Below are positions 63,506 to 64,000 of a stretch of 64,000 bases of DNA, one piece after another (within the stretch, counting starts at the first letter, position 1; every line of letters begins with the position of its first letter). Origin of the DNA: an uncultured Clostridia bacterium (lineage in GTDB: Bacteria; Bacillota; Clostridia; Christensenellales; UBA1242); assembly GCA_944376905.1 (NCBI GenBank), contig CALWEA010000007.1, positions 168 through 64,167 of the forward strand, in the 5' to 3' direction. The notes beneath the pieces were generated by a model. The model was given only the letters and a program-made list of their open reading frames with translations, searched no databases and had not been told where the DNA came from. The position numbers and the translations under genes are program-made.

Positions 63506-64000
63506 ATGCTAATAATAATATCAGGCTCATCTGGTTCAGGGAAAAACACTATTATCAAAGAATTGATGAAAAGAAACAAGAATTTATCTTTTCTTAAAAG
63601 TTGTACAACTCGAAAAAAAAGAAAGGGTGAGGCGGAAGATAGTTACATCTTTTTAACAAAAGAAAATTTTGATAAAATGTTAAAAAGTGGAGAAATTTGT
63701 GAGCATGAAGAAATTCATCAAAATTTTTATGGTCTTTCTAAATCTTCGCTAGATGAAGTTGTTGCATCAGATAGTGATAACCATCATTTTATTAAAGATG
63801 TTGGTGTTTTGGGTCAAAAAAATCTTGTTAGAGTTTTAAAGGATAAAGTAAATGTTTTGTCAATATTTTTAACTGTTCCAAAAGAAGAATTGATAAAACG
63901 CTTGCAAATAAGAGGGGAACCAGATATAGATTTAAGAATATCTAGAATGGAGTTTGAGGAAAGTTATAAGGGAAATTTTGATGAAATAATAAATAATATA
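63506..64000 (+). CDS. gmk: Guanylate kinase-like protein; the 3' end runs off the window
   Basis: My translation from ATG 63506 is MLIIISGSSGSGKNTIIKELMKRNKNLSFLKSCTTRKKRKGEAEDSYIFLTKENFDKMLKSGEICEHEEIHQNFYG (P-loop plus guanylate-kinase core). The RBS is ttggag. Confidence 0.75.
   Translation, partial: MLIIISGSSGSGKNTIIKELMKRNKNLSFLKSCTTRKKRKGEAEDSYIFLTKENFDKMLKSGEICEHEEIHQNFYGLSKSSLDEVVASDSDNHHFIKDVGVLGQKNLVRVLKDKVNVLSIFLTVPKEELIKRLQIRGEPDIDLRISRMEFEESYKGNFDEIINNI

Noticed and set aside
1-64000. An alternative genetic code (TGA as Trp, as in Mollicutes), considered because of the extreme AT content.
   Set aside because: TGA ends rnpA and the PIN gene at positions consistent with normal protein lengths. 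TGG is used for conserved Trp, for example HELAHQWW. ORFs of up to 1286 codons are intact under the standard code.

Overview
A 64-kb chromosomal segment from a very AT-rich, endospore-forming Firmicute, shown by clear Spo0A and SpoIIE genes. The standard genetic code applies: TGA terminates rnpA and the PIN gene, and ORFs of more than 1000 codons are intact. I found no transposase, integrase, phage gene or CRISPR array. Most content is housekeeping: glmS (partial), yqeY, a P-type Ca2+-ATPase, an M1 peptidase, rplI, spo0A, murB, a YhhQ-type transporter, the origin-type block jag-yidC-yidD-rnpA-rpmH, dCMP deaminase, rnr-smpB-ssrA (tmRNA), addB-addA, an ABC exporter pair, a three-gene glycerol-3-phosphate-dehydrogenase-like cluster, spoIIE and gmk (partial). 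The unusual content is as follows. (1) A 1166-aa protein with N-terminal membrane segments, a coiled coil, and eight C-terminal AT-hook-like GRP motifs. (2) Four dispersed paralogs of a secreted TasA/camelysin-like protein, one expanded to 894 aa by six InlB-B/Listeria-Bacteroides-type repeats. (3) Two paralogous PIN-domain genes, one coupled to a small HTH-like ORF and one a 613-aa tandem PIN. (4) A fusion of the GlmU acetyltransferase domain to GlmM. (5) The rpmH block is followed by consensus DnaA boxes and a Spo0A box, but not by dnaA-dnaN. (6) An ABC half-transporter carries deviant ATPase motifs and a roughly 680-aa Lys/Asn-rich tail. (7) Two SD-less genes have extended -10 boxes placed exactly for leaderless transcripts. 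(8) The tmRNA appears to encode a 25-residue tag. (9) Spacers are long, about 21% of the window by my tally, and many carry their own private short tandem-repeat array. Asn/Lys-rich inserts also sit inside conserved proteins. All calls come from reading the sequence and the ORF track; no searches were run.
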